A stretch of DNA of 64,000 bases from Podospora anserina (lineage: Eukaryota), in contig CM030338.1 of assembly GCA_017654855.1 (NCBI GenBank), positions 1,736,001 through 1,800,000 of the forward strand, read 5' to 3'. The notes below the pieces were generated by a model that saw only the letters and a program-made list of their open reading frames with translations, was not told where the DNA came from and made no database searches. Below, piece by piece: positions 1-12,057 of the stretch. The translations under genes and the position numbers were made by a program. Each line of letters begins with the position of its first letter. The stretch's first letter is position 1.

Positions 1-352
1 AAGAGAGGGGGTCGACCATGGACAGGCCGGAGCGGAGGATTGGGACGAGGGAGATGGTTGAGGGGGAGAGGTGGGTTGTTGGGTAGGTGAAGCCTAGGGG
101 GGTTGTGTCCTGGTGGTCGGGTGATGGTTAGTTAGGGTATGGGGAAAGGGGAAAGGGGAGGGGAGGGCGTACTGTTGGGCCTGGGGAGCTGGTGAGGGCG
201 CTGGCGAGGGCTTCGGTGCCGAGGATTAGGGTTATTTCGTTGATGAGGGTTTTGACGTCGCGGGCGGTGGTGGAGGTGGAGCGGAGTTGGGAGAGTTTGG
301 CTTGGAGGCAGGGGTGGGTGGAAATGTGGACGTTGGGGGGGAGGGAGGACAT
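1..352 (-). CDS. Uracil phosphoribosyltransferase, 5' part (runs off the window start)
   Basis: ATG at 352 (MSSLPPNVHISTHPCLQAKLSQLR). Intron 172-110 (GTACG...CTAAC...CAG). Exon 2 reads DTTPLGFTY...LVPILRSGLSMVDP. The HP..K...LR and VPILRSGL motifs are typical of UPRTases. Confidence 0.88.
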
Positions 353-1223
353 CGTGATGATGGTGATGGTGATGGTGGTGTGGTTGGGTTGGACAAGCAG
401 AGTACACGACAACACAGAAGACGGACTCGAGATTATGGGATTAGAAAACAGAAGATCTTTTTGTTTGGAAGAATGAGGAGAAGATAGCTGACCGCGGATC
501 CGGGACTGGAACGGGCAGGTGTCTGGTTTAACTACCTGGTATATCTTAGGTCTGATGCAAACGGCGGTCCGTCTTCCCACACACGCCGGGCCGGGAATTG
601 GATACCAAGGGTTCCTTTTTCATGCTACGTAAAGCGAGAGGGTCGTGCCCGAGCTTGATTCGCTGTTTTCTGTATGCCTGGTGAGGTATGCCAACATGGC
701 TTACTACCCCGTCCGCGCCTCCGAGACAAGAGATGGCAAGCTGTTGGGCAACATGGAAAGGCCCAGCGAATCGGGTACTGGCCTGTGACGACTTTGGCTC
801 CGAGCTGCGATAGCGGTGTCTCTGTCACGGACAGTTGTCGGCTTGGAAGCTAGACCTTGAACGGGCTCTGTACCTGCCTCGTGACAGATGATCGGTGTGA
901 GAACCGGGCGCCGGCGGGAGTCCAGGGAAGGAATGGCGGGGCAGCTCAGGCAGCTCCCGCATCCAAGGATGCCGATATGATAACAGCTGCCGATAGCACT
1001 AGCGGGGGTACTTCTTGGAAGGCGGCCGTTTCCGAATCCGGAGTTTTCCTGGCATCTGATTGCACCTTCTCATCTTGAAATTCATTGCAAAAAAAAAAAA
1101 ATCGACTGAACCACGTTCCGCACCAAAGGTGACACGCCATGGTTCGAAACACTTGACTCAGAGAGAGACTTGTGGTCGCGGGGAGTTAGATCCCGGTGGA
1201 CCAGTACAAGGTCACGTCACACA

Positions 1224-2678
1224 ATGACATCGCAACCAGCAGATAGGGTCGCCTACAATCATGACTTAACTCCTGTCGAAGATGCAGGCATTGAGGGCCG
1301 CTTTCAACAACTCCCTGGGTCTTCACGCCCACTACAGACACCTCACACCAAGTCCTCTTATTCACAAGAAGCTAGGGTTGCTCGACGCGCCTCAGCAGCA
1401 TCCCGCGCCGAGTATGACGTCCCGGATACATATGAAAATTTGGGAGAGACAGCCAACATCCCACCTGTTCAGAACCCGGACGAGGAATTAGTTCATCGAT
1501 ACGAGACACTCGAGCAAGAAAGAGCCAGAGAACAAAGCTATGCTCGCGACCGCCGACGCCAGGATGAGGATCCTGCAACAAGGGCAGCAGTACAAGCAGG
1601 AGAAAAAGCCGAAGCAGCAAGCTACCCTGTGTCCAAAACAGAAACTCAAATCTACACCCTTTCCCACTTGATATTTTTCTCCATCTTTGGGACACTGGCC
1701 AGGCTTGGGCTCCAGGCGATCACCATCTATTCCGGAACACCCATCATCTTCACCTCTGTCTGGCCCAACTTTGCTGGCAGCGTGGTTATGGGTTTCCTGG
1801 CCGAAGATAGGATGCTATTCCGGCAAGAATGGGGCAGTTCCTCATCAAACGGAGCCGATACCGAACGTGGCAGTGTGTCAGTTGACTCGGAGGGCGCGAG
1901 AAAAGCGCACCTTGCCATCAAGAAGACTATTCCGCTGTACATTGGTCTCGCCACGGGTTTCTGTGGATCCTTTACGTCTTTCTCTGCCTTTATGAGAGAC
2001 GTATTTCTTGCGCTCTCAAACGATTTACCTGCGACCAATGCCCCCAGCAGGAGCGGAGGCCATACTTTTCTCGCATTTATCGCCATCCCTCTGATCACCA
2101 TTTCCATGTCTCTGGCGGGCCTCTTCTTTGGAGCACACATGGCTATTTTTCTCGAGCCATATACGCCATCGCTGCCTTTTCTCTTTACTAGTAAAATTCT
2201 GGACCGTTTAATTGTTCTGCTCGGCTGGGGTTGCTGGCTAGGAGCGATCATAATGTCTATTTTCCCGCCGCATGACAGTTGGCGAGGCACAGCCACCTTT
2301 GCGCTGGTATTCGCGCCATTGGGTTGCCTCCTCCGGTTCTATATCTCGCTGCGGCTCAACAGTCGTGCGCCTAGTTTCCCCTTGGGGACGTTTGCTGTTA
2401 ACATATTTGGGACGGCTGTACTGGGAATGTCATGGGACCTGGCTCATCTGCCGGTAGGGGGAGTCATCGGGTGTCAGGTGCTGCAAGGAATACAGGACGG
2501 ATTCTGTGGGTGCTTGACGACTGTCTCGACATGGGTTGCGGAGCTGGCATTACTAGGGAGGAGACATGCGTATATATATGGCGCGGGAAGTGTAGGTACG
2601 GGACTGGTGATGCTGGTGGCCATAATGGGAGGTTTGAGATGGGGTGATGGTTGGAATCCGCTGGTCTGTACACATTAG
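1224..2678 (+). CDS. FEX1: Fluoride exporter FEX (two fused Fluc/CrcB domains), intronless
   Basis: First ATG at 1224. Two Fluc-like halves with GxxxR (FGTLAR, LGCLLR) and GFCGxxTxxS (GFCGSFTSFS, GFCGCLTTVS) motifs, several hydrophobic TM segments, and a hydrophilic N-terminal extension. Confidence 0.9.
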   Translation: MTSQPADRVAYNHDLTPVEDAGIEGRFQQLPGSSRPLQTPHTKSSYSQEARVARRASAASRAEYDVPDTYENLGETANIPPVQNPDEELVHRYETLEQERAREQSYARDRRRQDEDPATRAAVQAGEKAEAASYPVSKTETQIYTLSHLIFFSIFGTLARLGLQAITIYSGTPIIFTSVWPNFAGSVVMGFLAEDRMLFRQEWGSSSSNGADTERGSVSVDSEGARKAHLAIKKTIPLYIGLATGFCGSFTSFSAFMRDVFLALSNDLPATNAPSRSGGHTFLAFIAIPLITISMSLAGLFFGAHMAIFLEPYTPSLPFLFTSKILDRLIVLLGWGCWLGAIIMSIFPPHDSWRGTATFALVFAPLGCLLRFYISLRLNSRAPSFPLGTFAVNIFGTAVLGMSWDLAHLPVGGVIGCQVLQGIQDGFCGCLTTVSTWVAELALLGRRHAYIYGAGSVGTGLVMLVAIMGGLRWGDGWNPLVCTH

Positions 2679-3164
2679 AATATGTGTGGTGCTGTATCAT
2701 ATAGAAACAGTCTGCCAAGGTGTCTGTTCGTAGACGTGGTGGTGACAACCCCTGAATGGCCCCTGAGCAAGGATCATGGCATACGGAACCCTAACCCCAG
2801 ATATCTGTTGCCCCTCCTTCACTTGTGTCTCAGCTCGTCGCCTCTCGACCCCGCAGCGCCACAGTGAGAGCAAGAGTCATCCAGACCACGGGAGCAACCA
2901 GCTCCGAAGCTGAAGCCTCATAAGTAAGAAGAGCAAACCCGGAGTAGAGGGTCAAAGTCAGCACAATCGCAACAGCGCCTTTCGTCCTACAACACCGTCC
3001 GAAGTTTTCCCGGTTCTGGACATAGGGACCGTGACTCACCCCACTCTCTTCACGCCAGAGACAGAGACCTGCAGGTCCCAGACGGCAGCCCAAAATCAAC
3101 CCCTCTATCAACTCAAGTCGATTCACACGACCCCTCGATAATACCCCGAGACCACACAGACAAA

Positions 3165-5626
3165 ATGGCTGCCCCACGAAAACCAACGCTCCCCGTTCCC
3201 GGCAAGGAGAACATTCTCATCACGAGTGCCCTGCCCTATGTGAACAACGTTCCGCATCTCGGCAACATCATTGGCAGTGTTTTGGTAATGAATTTTCTCT
3301 CCCATCAGGTGTTTCAAAACCTGGCTCTCACGGCCGTTCTCGCCCTGCGAGTCAGGCTCATATATTGTTGATGAAGACTTTCTACCCCCAGCCACTAACA
3401 CCATCACCCATCTAGTCGGCCGACGTCTTTGCTCGCTTCTGCAGGGCTAGAGGTCTGCCAACCATCTACATTTGCGGTTCCGACGAGTACGGCACCGCAA
3501 CAGAGACAAAGGCGCTTTCGGAGGGTGTGGATCCCGCGACTCTTTGCGCCAAGTATCACGCGATTCACAAGGAGATCTACGACTGGTTCCGGATCGACTT
3601 TGACACCTTTGGTCGCACGCCCACAGATGAGCACACTGAAATCGTGCAGTCTGTCTTCAAGCACTTGTGGAACAATGGCTACATTGAGCAGCGCGAGACC
3701 ACTCAGGCATACTGCCCCGAGCACGAGTCCTTCCTGGCTGATCGTTATGTAGAGGGAGAGTGCTCTCTGTGCCATGACAAGGGTGCTCGTGGTGACCAGT
3801 GCGATGCCTGCGGTAACTTGCTCGACCCTATGGAGCCCGATCTTGATGCTTCTGGCAACCAGGAGACCAAGGCTACCGGGTGGCTTATCAACCCCAAGTG
3901 CAAGCTTGACGGCACGACTCCTATCAAGCGTCAGACCAAACATCTTTACCTTCGGTTAGATGCCCTTCAGGGAGAGATTGAGACGTGGATTGCTTCGGCC
4001 AAGAAGGACTGGAGTGCCAACTGTACCTCGATTACCTATTCATGGCTCGACCAAGGCCTCAAGCCTCGCGGCATCACTCGTGATCTCAAGTGGGGTGTAC
4101 CAAGTATGTCGAGAGCTAAGATATCATGAAAACAAGATGCTAACAGTTTCTTCTAGTTCCCACTGGTCTCGACGGTCTTTCTGAGGAGGACTTTGCCAAG
4201 AAGGTGTTTTATGTGTGGTTTGACGCCTGCAGTATGTCTCTTCTGTTGAAGACAACATGTTTGAAATACTGACCCGACTAGTCGGTTATCCATCAATTAC
4301 CAAGACATTTACCGATGCTGGGAACCCGAGCGGCACCAACTGGGAGAAGTGGTGGAAGAACCCTGAGGAGGTGTCTCTCTACCAATTCATGGGCAAGGAC
4401 AACGTGCCGTGAGTTCTGTTGCTTTGCAAAACTGTAAGCACCTGTGAGCTAACATTTGAACTCTAGCTTCCACACCATCATCTGGCCTGCGTCGCAGATC
4501 GGCTCCAAGGAAAACTGGACCAAGGTCAAGACCTTGTCCACCACCGAATACTTGAACTATGAGGGCGGCAAGTTCAGCAAGTCCAAGGGTGTTGGTGTCT
4601 TTGGTAACAATGCTCGGGATACTGGTATTGATCCTGATATCTGGAGATTCTACCTTCTCTCCAGACGCCCGGAGACCAGTGATTCAGAGTTCAAGTGGGA
4701 GTAAGTTCTATGAAATCCCAAGTCTTGATTGTTTGGCCTGAAGCTGACGTTTCAAAGGGAATTTGTTGACGTCAACAACAACGACCTTCTCAAGAACCTC
4801 GGCAACCTTTGCCAGCGTGTCATCAAGTTCACTCAGGCCAAGATGGGCAGCGTGGTTCCCGACTTTGACCTTTCCAAGTTCCCTGCTCTCCAGCAGCACA
4901 AGGATGAAGTTAACAAGCTTCTCCATGAGTACAACACTACTCTCAGGGGCCTCAAGCTTAGACACGGTCTCTCGGTCATCATGGCGTATGTTCTCCTCTG
5001 TAGAGCATGATGTGTGGATTTCATTCTAACATTCGGTGACTAGTATCTCTGGTCTTGGTAACAAGCTTCTTCAAGACAACAAGCTCGGCAACCAGCTCAT
5101 TGCTGAGGAGCCTGAGCGCTGCAATGCAGTCATCGGTATCGCTCTGAACCACATTCACCTCCTTGCCAACGTATTGGCTCCTTATATGCCCGGCAAATCC
5201 CAGGCTATCCTCAAGCAGCTTGGTTTCGACGGCGAGGGCCAGACCGCCAGCATCCTCGATGTCTGGGAGGCTGATGCTATCAAGCCCGGCCACAAGCTTG
5301 GCGAGCCCGAGCTGTTGTTTGCTACCATCCCAGCGGCCAAGATTGAGGAGTGGCGCGATGCTTTCGGTGGTGAGGAGCTTCGGAAGATCAAGGAGGCCGA
5401 GGCTAAGAAGGCTGCCGAGAAGAAGCTCGCGAGGGAGAAGGAGAAGGAGAAGAAGAAACTCAAGAAGGAGAAGGAGAGAGCCGAGAAGGAGGCTGCTGCT
5501 GCCGCCGCCGCCGCCGCCGCTTCTGGTCAGGCTGCTGCTCCCATTGCTGCTGGGGAAACCACAACGCTGCCACTTCGTCCTGCGCCTGCAAAGGCCACAG
5601 TGGAGGAGCCTGCACCAAAGAACTGA
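3165..5626 (+). CDS. MES1: Cytosolic methionyl-tRNA synthetase (7 exons)
   Basis: [15 protein letters not shown] (HIGH motif), zinc knuckles Cxx[41 protein letters not shown] (KMSKS motif). Exons approx. 3165-3284, 3416-4103, 4157-4231, 4282-4408, 4467-4700, 4758-4985, 5044-5626, with GT..AG introns. Confidence 0.96.
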
Positions 5627-5888
5627 GTGACTGATAATGGATATGGATAATGACCGGGACGATAAAAAGGCGTGTTAGATAGATTTCTTGGTAGCGATCC
5701 CGCCGGTTATGATGTACGGTTTTCTGTACCAACCTTGACATGTCCAATGTGATGATGTACGACTCTAACCCTAACCCAAACTCTTTATCTGAGTGAATTC
5801 ACTTGACAGAAATATACATCATCACCTTCCATGGCCACCAAAATTACACCAAAATATCATCAGATCCCACCAACAAACAAACAAGAAA

Positions 5889-6911
5889 ATGCCACCACCA
5901 TTAGAAAAGGACAACACACCGGTCTCGAAGCCAAACCCACCACCAGACTACTTCCCCACCCCGCTGCCTCAATCCATCCGTTCCGACATCCTCACCTGGC
6001 GCTTCCCCAGGCCGTTCCACCAGCTCACCTTGACCGGCCGCTCCCGCGCAGCATGGCACACCTCGTTTGTGATTCCCGAGCTGAATCTTCTTCTCGATGC
6101 TGGGCTGGTGGTGGGGGCTCACCGACCTAAACATGTCTTTCTCACTCATGGACATTCCGACCACTGCCTGCTCACCCCTGCCTTCTTGAGGGCCGACCCC
6201 CCTCACACCCCGCCGTTGCTGTACTGCCCGGAGGAGATGGCCAGGCCGCTGGAGCAGTTCCTGCAGGGGAGCCAGCTGTTGAACAAGGGGTTTACTGGGT
6301 TTGGGGAGGGCGAGGGGGAGTGCAGGTTGGGGAGGTTGGGGAGGTACACCATCACGACGATGAAGCCGGGGGAGGAGACGGGGTTGAGGTATGTGAAGGG
6401 GCAGAGGTGGAAGGCCACGGCTGTGAGGTGTGACCATACTGTGGCCAGTATTGGTTACGTCTTTTCCACCACGACGAGCAAGCTGAAACCTGAGTACCAG
6501 GGCTTGAAGGGGGAGGAGATCAAGAGGTTGAGGACGGAAGGGGTGGAGATCACGGGGGAGGTGGAGCAGCCTGTTTTTGCTTTCATGGGGGACACCACTG
6601 CTGCGGTGTATGAGGAGGGAGGGGAGATGGATGGGTTTTTGAAACGGGGGGTCAGGGTTGTGATTACGGAGTGCAGTTTTTTGAGGGAGAGCCGGGAGCA
6701 TAGGGAGCAGGCGGATAAGACGAAGCACACCATGTGGAGTGATTTGGAAAGGGTGGTGAGGAGGTGGCCTGGGGTGGTTTGGGTGGTGATGCATTTTAGT
6801 TTGAGGTATGAGGAGGGGGATGTGGTGAGTTTTTTTGGGGAGATGGAGGAGAGGCCGGGGAACTTGGTGGTTTGGGCTGACGGGGGGGTTGGGATGGGGG
6901 AGGGGAGGTAG
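5889..6911 (+). CDS. Metallo-beta-lactamase-fold nuclease, short-form (TM-type-like) tRNase Z-like protein, intronless
   Basis: ATG at 5889. LLLDAG, THGHSDH (HxHxDH), CDHTVASIGY, KLKPEYQGLKGEEIKRLR..GVEIT (KL-type flexible arm), FMGDT, ITECSF, VMHFSLRY. Confidence 0.8.
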   Translation: MPPPLEKDNTPVSKPNPPPDYFPTPLPQSIRSDILTWRFPRPFHQLTLTGRSRAAWHTSFVIPELNLLLDAGLVVGAHRPKHVFLTHGHSDHCLLTPAFLRADPPHTPPLLYCPEEMARPLEQFLQGSQLLNKGFTGFGEGEGECRLGRLGRYTITTMKPGEETGLRYVKGQRWKATAVRCDHTVASIGYVFSTTTSKLKPEYQGLKGEEIKRLRTEGVEITGEVEQPVFAFMGDTTAAVYEEGGEMDGFLKRGVRVVITECSFLRESREHREQADKTKHTMWSDLERVVRRWPGVVWVVMHFSLRYEEGDVVSFFGEMEERPGNLVVWADGGVGMGEGR

Positions 6912-6983
6912 AAGGGTGCACATAGACATAGATTGAGGGGGCTGCTAGGTTTAGAATGGAGTAGTTGATGGGTGCAGTGTTTC

Positions 6984-8173
6984 CTACTTGGTCCACATTA
7001 TCTTTCGAAGCCTCTCCTTTTCTTCCTCGCCGCCAAAGATGACGTCGATGCCTTTTCGGGCGAGGTTGCATATCTCCCGACGGCCCAGGCCAAAGTGTTT
7101 GGCCACCAGGGCGTATTCGTTGGACAGTGGGCTGCCAAAGACGCCCACGTCGTCGGTCTATCCATGTTGTCTGTCAGCGGTTCAATCTCCAGCTCTTTTT
7201 GTTCCAAGACTTACACTTAAAACAACAACCACCTCCTCCACCTTCCACCACTCCCCAAAGTGACTATTCTCCCCGTCAGCATCTCGTCTCCTCTCTCTTT
7301 CTCTCTCAAAGAAAACTCACTGCCCCTCAAACCCCCCACGAACCATACCAGCATAAACATTACAACTCAGACACAACTCCAACCCCACCCCCCTCCTCTC
7401 CCTCACTTTCTGCTTAACCCCCTCGCCCAAATGAATCACATGCCCCAACCTCTCCGGCCCCCAGCCCAGCAGCAAGTCCAACTCCTCCTCCGTCCCAGAA
7501 ACCTCGGCCTCGGCAAAATGAAGCGTGACCTTCAACCCTTCCTTTCGCGCCTGTCGGAACACGGGCGTGAAAGATCTGAGGTTGTCAACCACAGCGGGAT
7601 CCCCACACAGATCGATCCCCACCACGCCCCTCCCCTTAAACTGCCTGCAGAGCTCTAGCACCTCCTCCGCTTGGGCAAGGGTGTTCCTCCGGTCGACTGA
7701 GAGGATCAGCTTTGTCCGGAGGGTGCACCCTTCCCCGGCCTCGAATTCGGCGATGCAGCCGAGGATGGTCTGGACGTAGAGGTGCTTGGTGATGTTGGCG
7801 GAAGGGATGGCGCGGGGTGTGGTGCGGAGTTCGAGGTAGACGACGCCGTCGGACTGGAAGTCGCGGAGGACGGAGAGGGTGGAGTGGCGGAGGGAGGGGA
7901 GGTCGGAGATGAGGGTGTAGATGTAGGAGGTGAAGAGAGGGAAGAAGGTTTGGAGGTCGTAGTCGTGTTTGCCTGGGGGCATTTCGACCAGGGGGTCGGG
8001 GAGGGAGGAGGAGGAGGAGGATGGCTTTTGGGACCAGATTTCGTGGAGGGTTTGGCGGGAGATGGAGCCGGAGAGGTGGGCGTGGAGCTGGGGTTTGTTT
8101 GTTAGTGGATGGTTGGGAATGATGGGGTTGATTGGGGGGCTACCTCTATTTTGGGGAGGGAGATGAAGTCCAT
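6984..8173 (-). CDS. Adenosine deaminase-like protein (ADAL/N6-methyl-AMP deaminase type), 4 exons
   Basis: Exons 8173-8144 (MDFISLPKIE), 8087-7321 (LHAHLSGSIS...DGVVYLELRTTPR...VVGIDLCGDP...TLHFAE...RLGHVIH...ELCLSCN), 7263-7215 (HHFGEWW), 7157-6984 (TDDVGVFGSPLSNEY...). Canonical splice sites. Confidence 0.9.
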
Positions 8174-9968
8174 CTTGTGAGAGTTTGGGGGAGGGGTGTT
8201 GTGGAAGTCACTCAGGCTGCTCAAAGTTGGATATGGGGCAGGCTGTGCTGTCGAAGAGGGTGAGGTGCTTTTGAACGTCAGGCATTAATTGGGTTGATTG
8301 ATGATTCTGTTGAGCAGTGCCACTATATTATGCGTGCATTATTACCTAGGTTGCTGCCCACGGCGTGGTAGGTGAAGTTATCACGAGTTCAACATCGAGG
8401 TCGGTGCCAAGCCAGGTACACAATGATCAGCAGCAGCGCCTCCGCTCTCAGCGGCCCCGTACGGATCCCGGGTGGTGCCGAGTGGGTGGTGATTCCGTGA
8501 CGGGTGCCACATTTGGAGGAATGCCGATCTATCTAGAACATTATGCAGCTTTATGTGCCAACTGCCAGCCGGCACTTTCTTGACATTTTACAAAAGTTCC
8601 CTTGTACACTGCAGCATGTCGAAAGAGTTCAAAAGGACCGAGGGAAGAAATCGAAGAGCACCCGGTAATGACTCGCCAAGAGATACCAACAAGACCAGAC
8701 AGCGTTGGTAGGCCGAGTGAGGTGATGCATCATGGGCATATCGAGAAGTGGCAGTGGCAGAAAAGTTATTTGACCGAGAAAGGCAGGCTGGGAGAAGCCC
8801 GGATGTTGCAATCCCCATTCCCCACGGCAGATGTTAAACCGCGTGCGCCACGACTTTGCATTGGGGATGGCCAGGGTAGATTATCAAGCAACCAGAAAAA
8901 GCCCCTTTTCCATCGTCCATGCGCGGGTTGGGTGACTCGGGCGCTCGGAGGAGAGGGACAGTTATCCTGTCGATTGACTTGATTGGCGTGGAGTTGGGGG
9001 CACAGCATTATCTGGGTGGGTTAGGAACAAAACTCACTGTGTTCCAGATGATCGTATCTCTATCTGTAGAAAATTGAAATTCAAGATAGAGAGAAAAGAG
9101 GACCTTACAAGCAGATTGGAAATGGCCCGTGCACAGCTAATGTCCGGGCTGCAGGAGAAAGCCCAAGTCGGTGCATGGGCCCCACCAGGACAGAGCTCCC
9201 CTTCTCCTTGTCGCTCGTTCGATCCCGCAGCTTAGGTTCCTCCACCCAGTCCACCTTTAATTCAAAGCCTGCAGTTCGCGCCGGGTGATCGAGAGAGAGA
9301 GAACTACCGACCGGCACTGGCATTGCTACGGATACAGAGATATTGTTCTTTGTAAATACCGTTCCGGCCGGATGCCTGGTGTTGTTGCTGCTGCTGCTGC
9401 TGCTGCTCTGCCGTGCATGTCGCTTCCAAAAGCTCCCGCAGATTACATTGCAAGATACCACTGGCTGCTGCTGCCGCTGCACTGGGCGGACACTGGACCC
9501 GAATGCACCTCGCTTGGCTCCGTGGTCAAAAGACTCCAAAATACCTACGGAGTAGTATGCCAAAATCTACCTGCAATACCTAGACTCCTGGCCAATGATA
9601 GAAGCAGTGTCTGATTACAACTGATATCCATTTCTATCATCAGCCTTCAACAACGTCCGTGGCCAGTGCGGTCTGCAGTGCAGTCAGCAGTGCAGTCAGT
9701 TCCAGCACCACGGCGCTGTGCAAGGGTGTCGATTCACCCACCACTGCCCCCCTTCCCAATCCAGACACGACTAGGTTGCGCTGGGTAATAATCGCAAAAC
9801 TGGCCGGTCACCCTCCCGTCCGCCAGCCAGCCGAGAGCTGCCCTTCTTCTTTTTTTCTTCCTCTCTCTCCTTTTCCTGCCCCCGACCTCCATTGTTGACC
9901 AAACTTGACAATTTTGTATTCTCTGGAAGGGAATCTCGCGAATTGCAACCCCAGTGTTGCGATCGGTA

Positions 9969-10023
9969 GTCTTGTCTTGTCTTGTCTTGTCTTGTCTGCT
10001 CTGCTCTGCTCTGCTCTGCTCTG
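9969..10023. repeat. Compound pentanucleotide microsatellite (GTCTT)5-GTCTG-(CTCTG)5 upstream of the G-beta gene
   Basis: Read directly from the sequence. Confidence 0.9.
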
Positions 10024-10343
10024 CTTGGGCCTCCCTTCTTGCTCGCCTCCCCCCCCCCTCTCTCTCCACTTGCTTTCCGATAGTCATTTCATTCAGCACC
10101 GTCGGGCCCTTGCCTAGCTGTTTTACTGGCCCGGCACACCCACCCCTGGAGCTCGCATTCTTCCCCAAGAGAACTCCTGCATCCATTCAACCACACCCTA
10201 ACCTCCAAACTAGCACCTGCTGTCTCAATCCTGCCGACATCGACAATCGTCGTCGACTGCCACCACCCGCGCGCGCCCATTCGTCAATCGGCCCCCCGCC
10301 CCATTGCAGAGACGATTGACCACCACCGCAAAGCACCGCAGAG

Positions 10344-11783
10344 ATGGATCCAGGCCGACCGAACGATGTATCGCCCGAGGCGATGCAGGCACGCATCCAG
10401 CAGGCGCGTCGCGAGGCTGAGACTCTCAAGGACAGAATCAAGAGAAAGAAGGAGGAGCTGGCCGACACGACGCGTGAGTAAATGAATGACATTTTGTTCA
10501 TCCGTCGCCCATTGATTGCCGACTGTGTTCCCCGACACCGTCGCCGCCATCGCCGCGTCCCCCTTTGTGCGATTGAATGAACTGCTGCTTACGCCATCAT
10601 GTTTGCCATCTCTAGTCCGCGCCGTCGCCGCCCAGGCCCACGAGCAGATCCCAAAGAACCAGCTGATGAGGACGAAGAGGACACTGAAGGGCCATCTCGC
10701 AAAGATCTATGCGATGCACTGGTCGACCGACCGAAGACACCTCGTTTCTGCTTCACAAGACGGCAAGCTCATCATCTGGGACGCCTACACAACAAACAAG
10801 GTGCACGCCATCCCCCTCCGATCATCATGGGTCATGACCTGCGCCTACGCCCCGAGCGGCAACTACGTCGCCTGCGGTGGTCTCGACAACATCTGCTCCA
10901 TCTACAACCTCAACCAGAGCCGTGACGGGCCCACGCGCGTCGCCAGGGAACTGTCGGGCCACGCCGGCTATCTTTCCTGCTGCCGTTTCATCAACGACCG
11001 GAGCATCCTCACCTCGTCGGGCGACATGACTTGCATGAAGTGGGACATCGAGACGGGCACAAAGGTGGTCGAATTCGCCGACCACTTGGGAGATGTCATG
11101 AGCATCAGCTTGAACCCAACAAACCAAAACACTTTCATCTCGGGTGCCTGCGACGCCTTCGCTAAGCTTTGGGATATCCGCGCCGGCAAGGCCGTGCAGA
11201 CGTTTGCCGGTCACGAGTCCGACATCAACGCCATCCAGTTTTTCCCCGACGGCCACTCTTTTGTAACAGGTTCCGATGATGCCACCTGCCGATTATTCGA
11301 CATCCGTGCCGACAGGGAATTGAACTTTTATGGGGTGAGCAGCGAACCCTGTCTTGTCTGAATTTGCAACTTATCAATACTAATGTGGCTTGATAGTCCG
11401 AGTCGATCCTGTGCGGTATCACCTCGGTGGCCACCTCTGTATCTGGCAGGCTGCTGTTTGCTGGTTATGATGATTTCGAGTGCAAGGTAGGACAGACCGA
11501 AAAAGAAAAAGAAGAAAAAATTCCCCTGCGTGCGCAAAGTTTGTGAGGCTAACCGTCGGTAATAAGGTTTGGGATGTTACCCGGGGTGAAAAGGTTGGCT
11601 CTCTCGTAGGCCACGAAAACCGTGTCAGCTGCTTGGGAGTTTCCAACGACGGTATAAGTTTGTGCACCGGTTCATGGGACGCTTTCGTAAGACCTCACCT
11701 CTTCCGATCTTCCGGATCTGTGACACCATGTCTTTTCAACAAAATACTAACAACCGCAACAGCTCAAGGTTTGGGCCTACTAG
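10344..11783 (+). CDS. gnb-1: Heterotrimeric G-protein beta subunit (WD40), 5 exons
   Basis: [36 protein letters not shown], then [33 protein letters not shown]...[15 protein letters not shown]...TGSWD..LKVWAY. Exons 10344-10473, 10616-11334, 11397-11486, 11567-11686, 11763-11783. Confidence 0.97.
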
Positions 11784-12027
11784 AAGCCCAACCGTGTGAT
11801 GCCGATAAACGAACTGTCCTCCCATATGGATACCCGACCCCCGCCACTGAGCCGCCTAAAAGAAGAGAGGATTAATCGAGTGCCCCTATTATGTTGTTCC
11901 TAATTCAATCTGTCGACACACGCCCTTTTTTTAATCACACCGATCCGGCGTGGACTGCACAGGACGAAGTCACGATATTACCCCCCCTGCGCTTTTCATT
12001 TTTCTTTTGGCCACACAACGACACAAT

Positions 12028-12057
12028 AACAACAACAACAACAACAACAACAACAAC
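12028..12057. repeat. (AAC)10 microsatellite in the G-beta 3' region
   Basis: Read directly from the sequence. Confidence 0.9.

Noticed and set aside
2676-2867. In-frame open stretch after the FEX TAG (ORF 2682-2867) as a stop-loss extension
   Set aside because: Only about 62 codons, not protein-like, and it overlaps the MetRS promoter. Many genes here end in TAG, so short open tails are expected by chance.
5749-5792. Box C (GTGATGA) ... box D (CTGA) snoRNA
   Set aside because: Only about 44 nt, with no terminal stem or recognisable guide sequence.
5901-6929. 342-aa antisense ORF over the tRNase Z-like gene, and similar antisense ORFs at 37771-38694, 43310-44101, 56478-57149 and 61255-62058
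   Set aside because: Shadows of biased codon usage on the coding strand, with no motifs of their own.
1-8173. UPRTase, MetRS, tRNase Z-like and ADAL as a nucleotide/tRNA-salvage gene cluster
   Set aside because: The thematic link is loose and I see no shared regulatory motif; chance adjacency of housekeeping genes explains it unless synteny data show otherwise.
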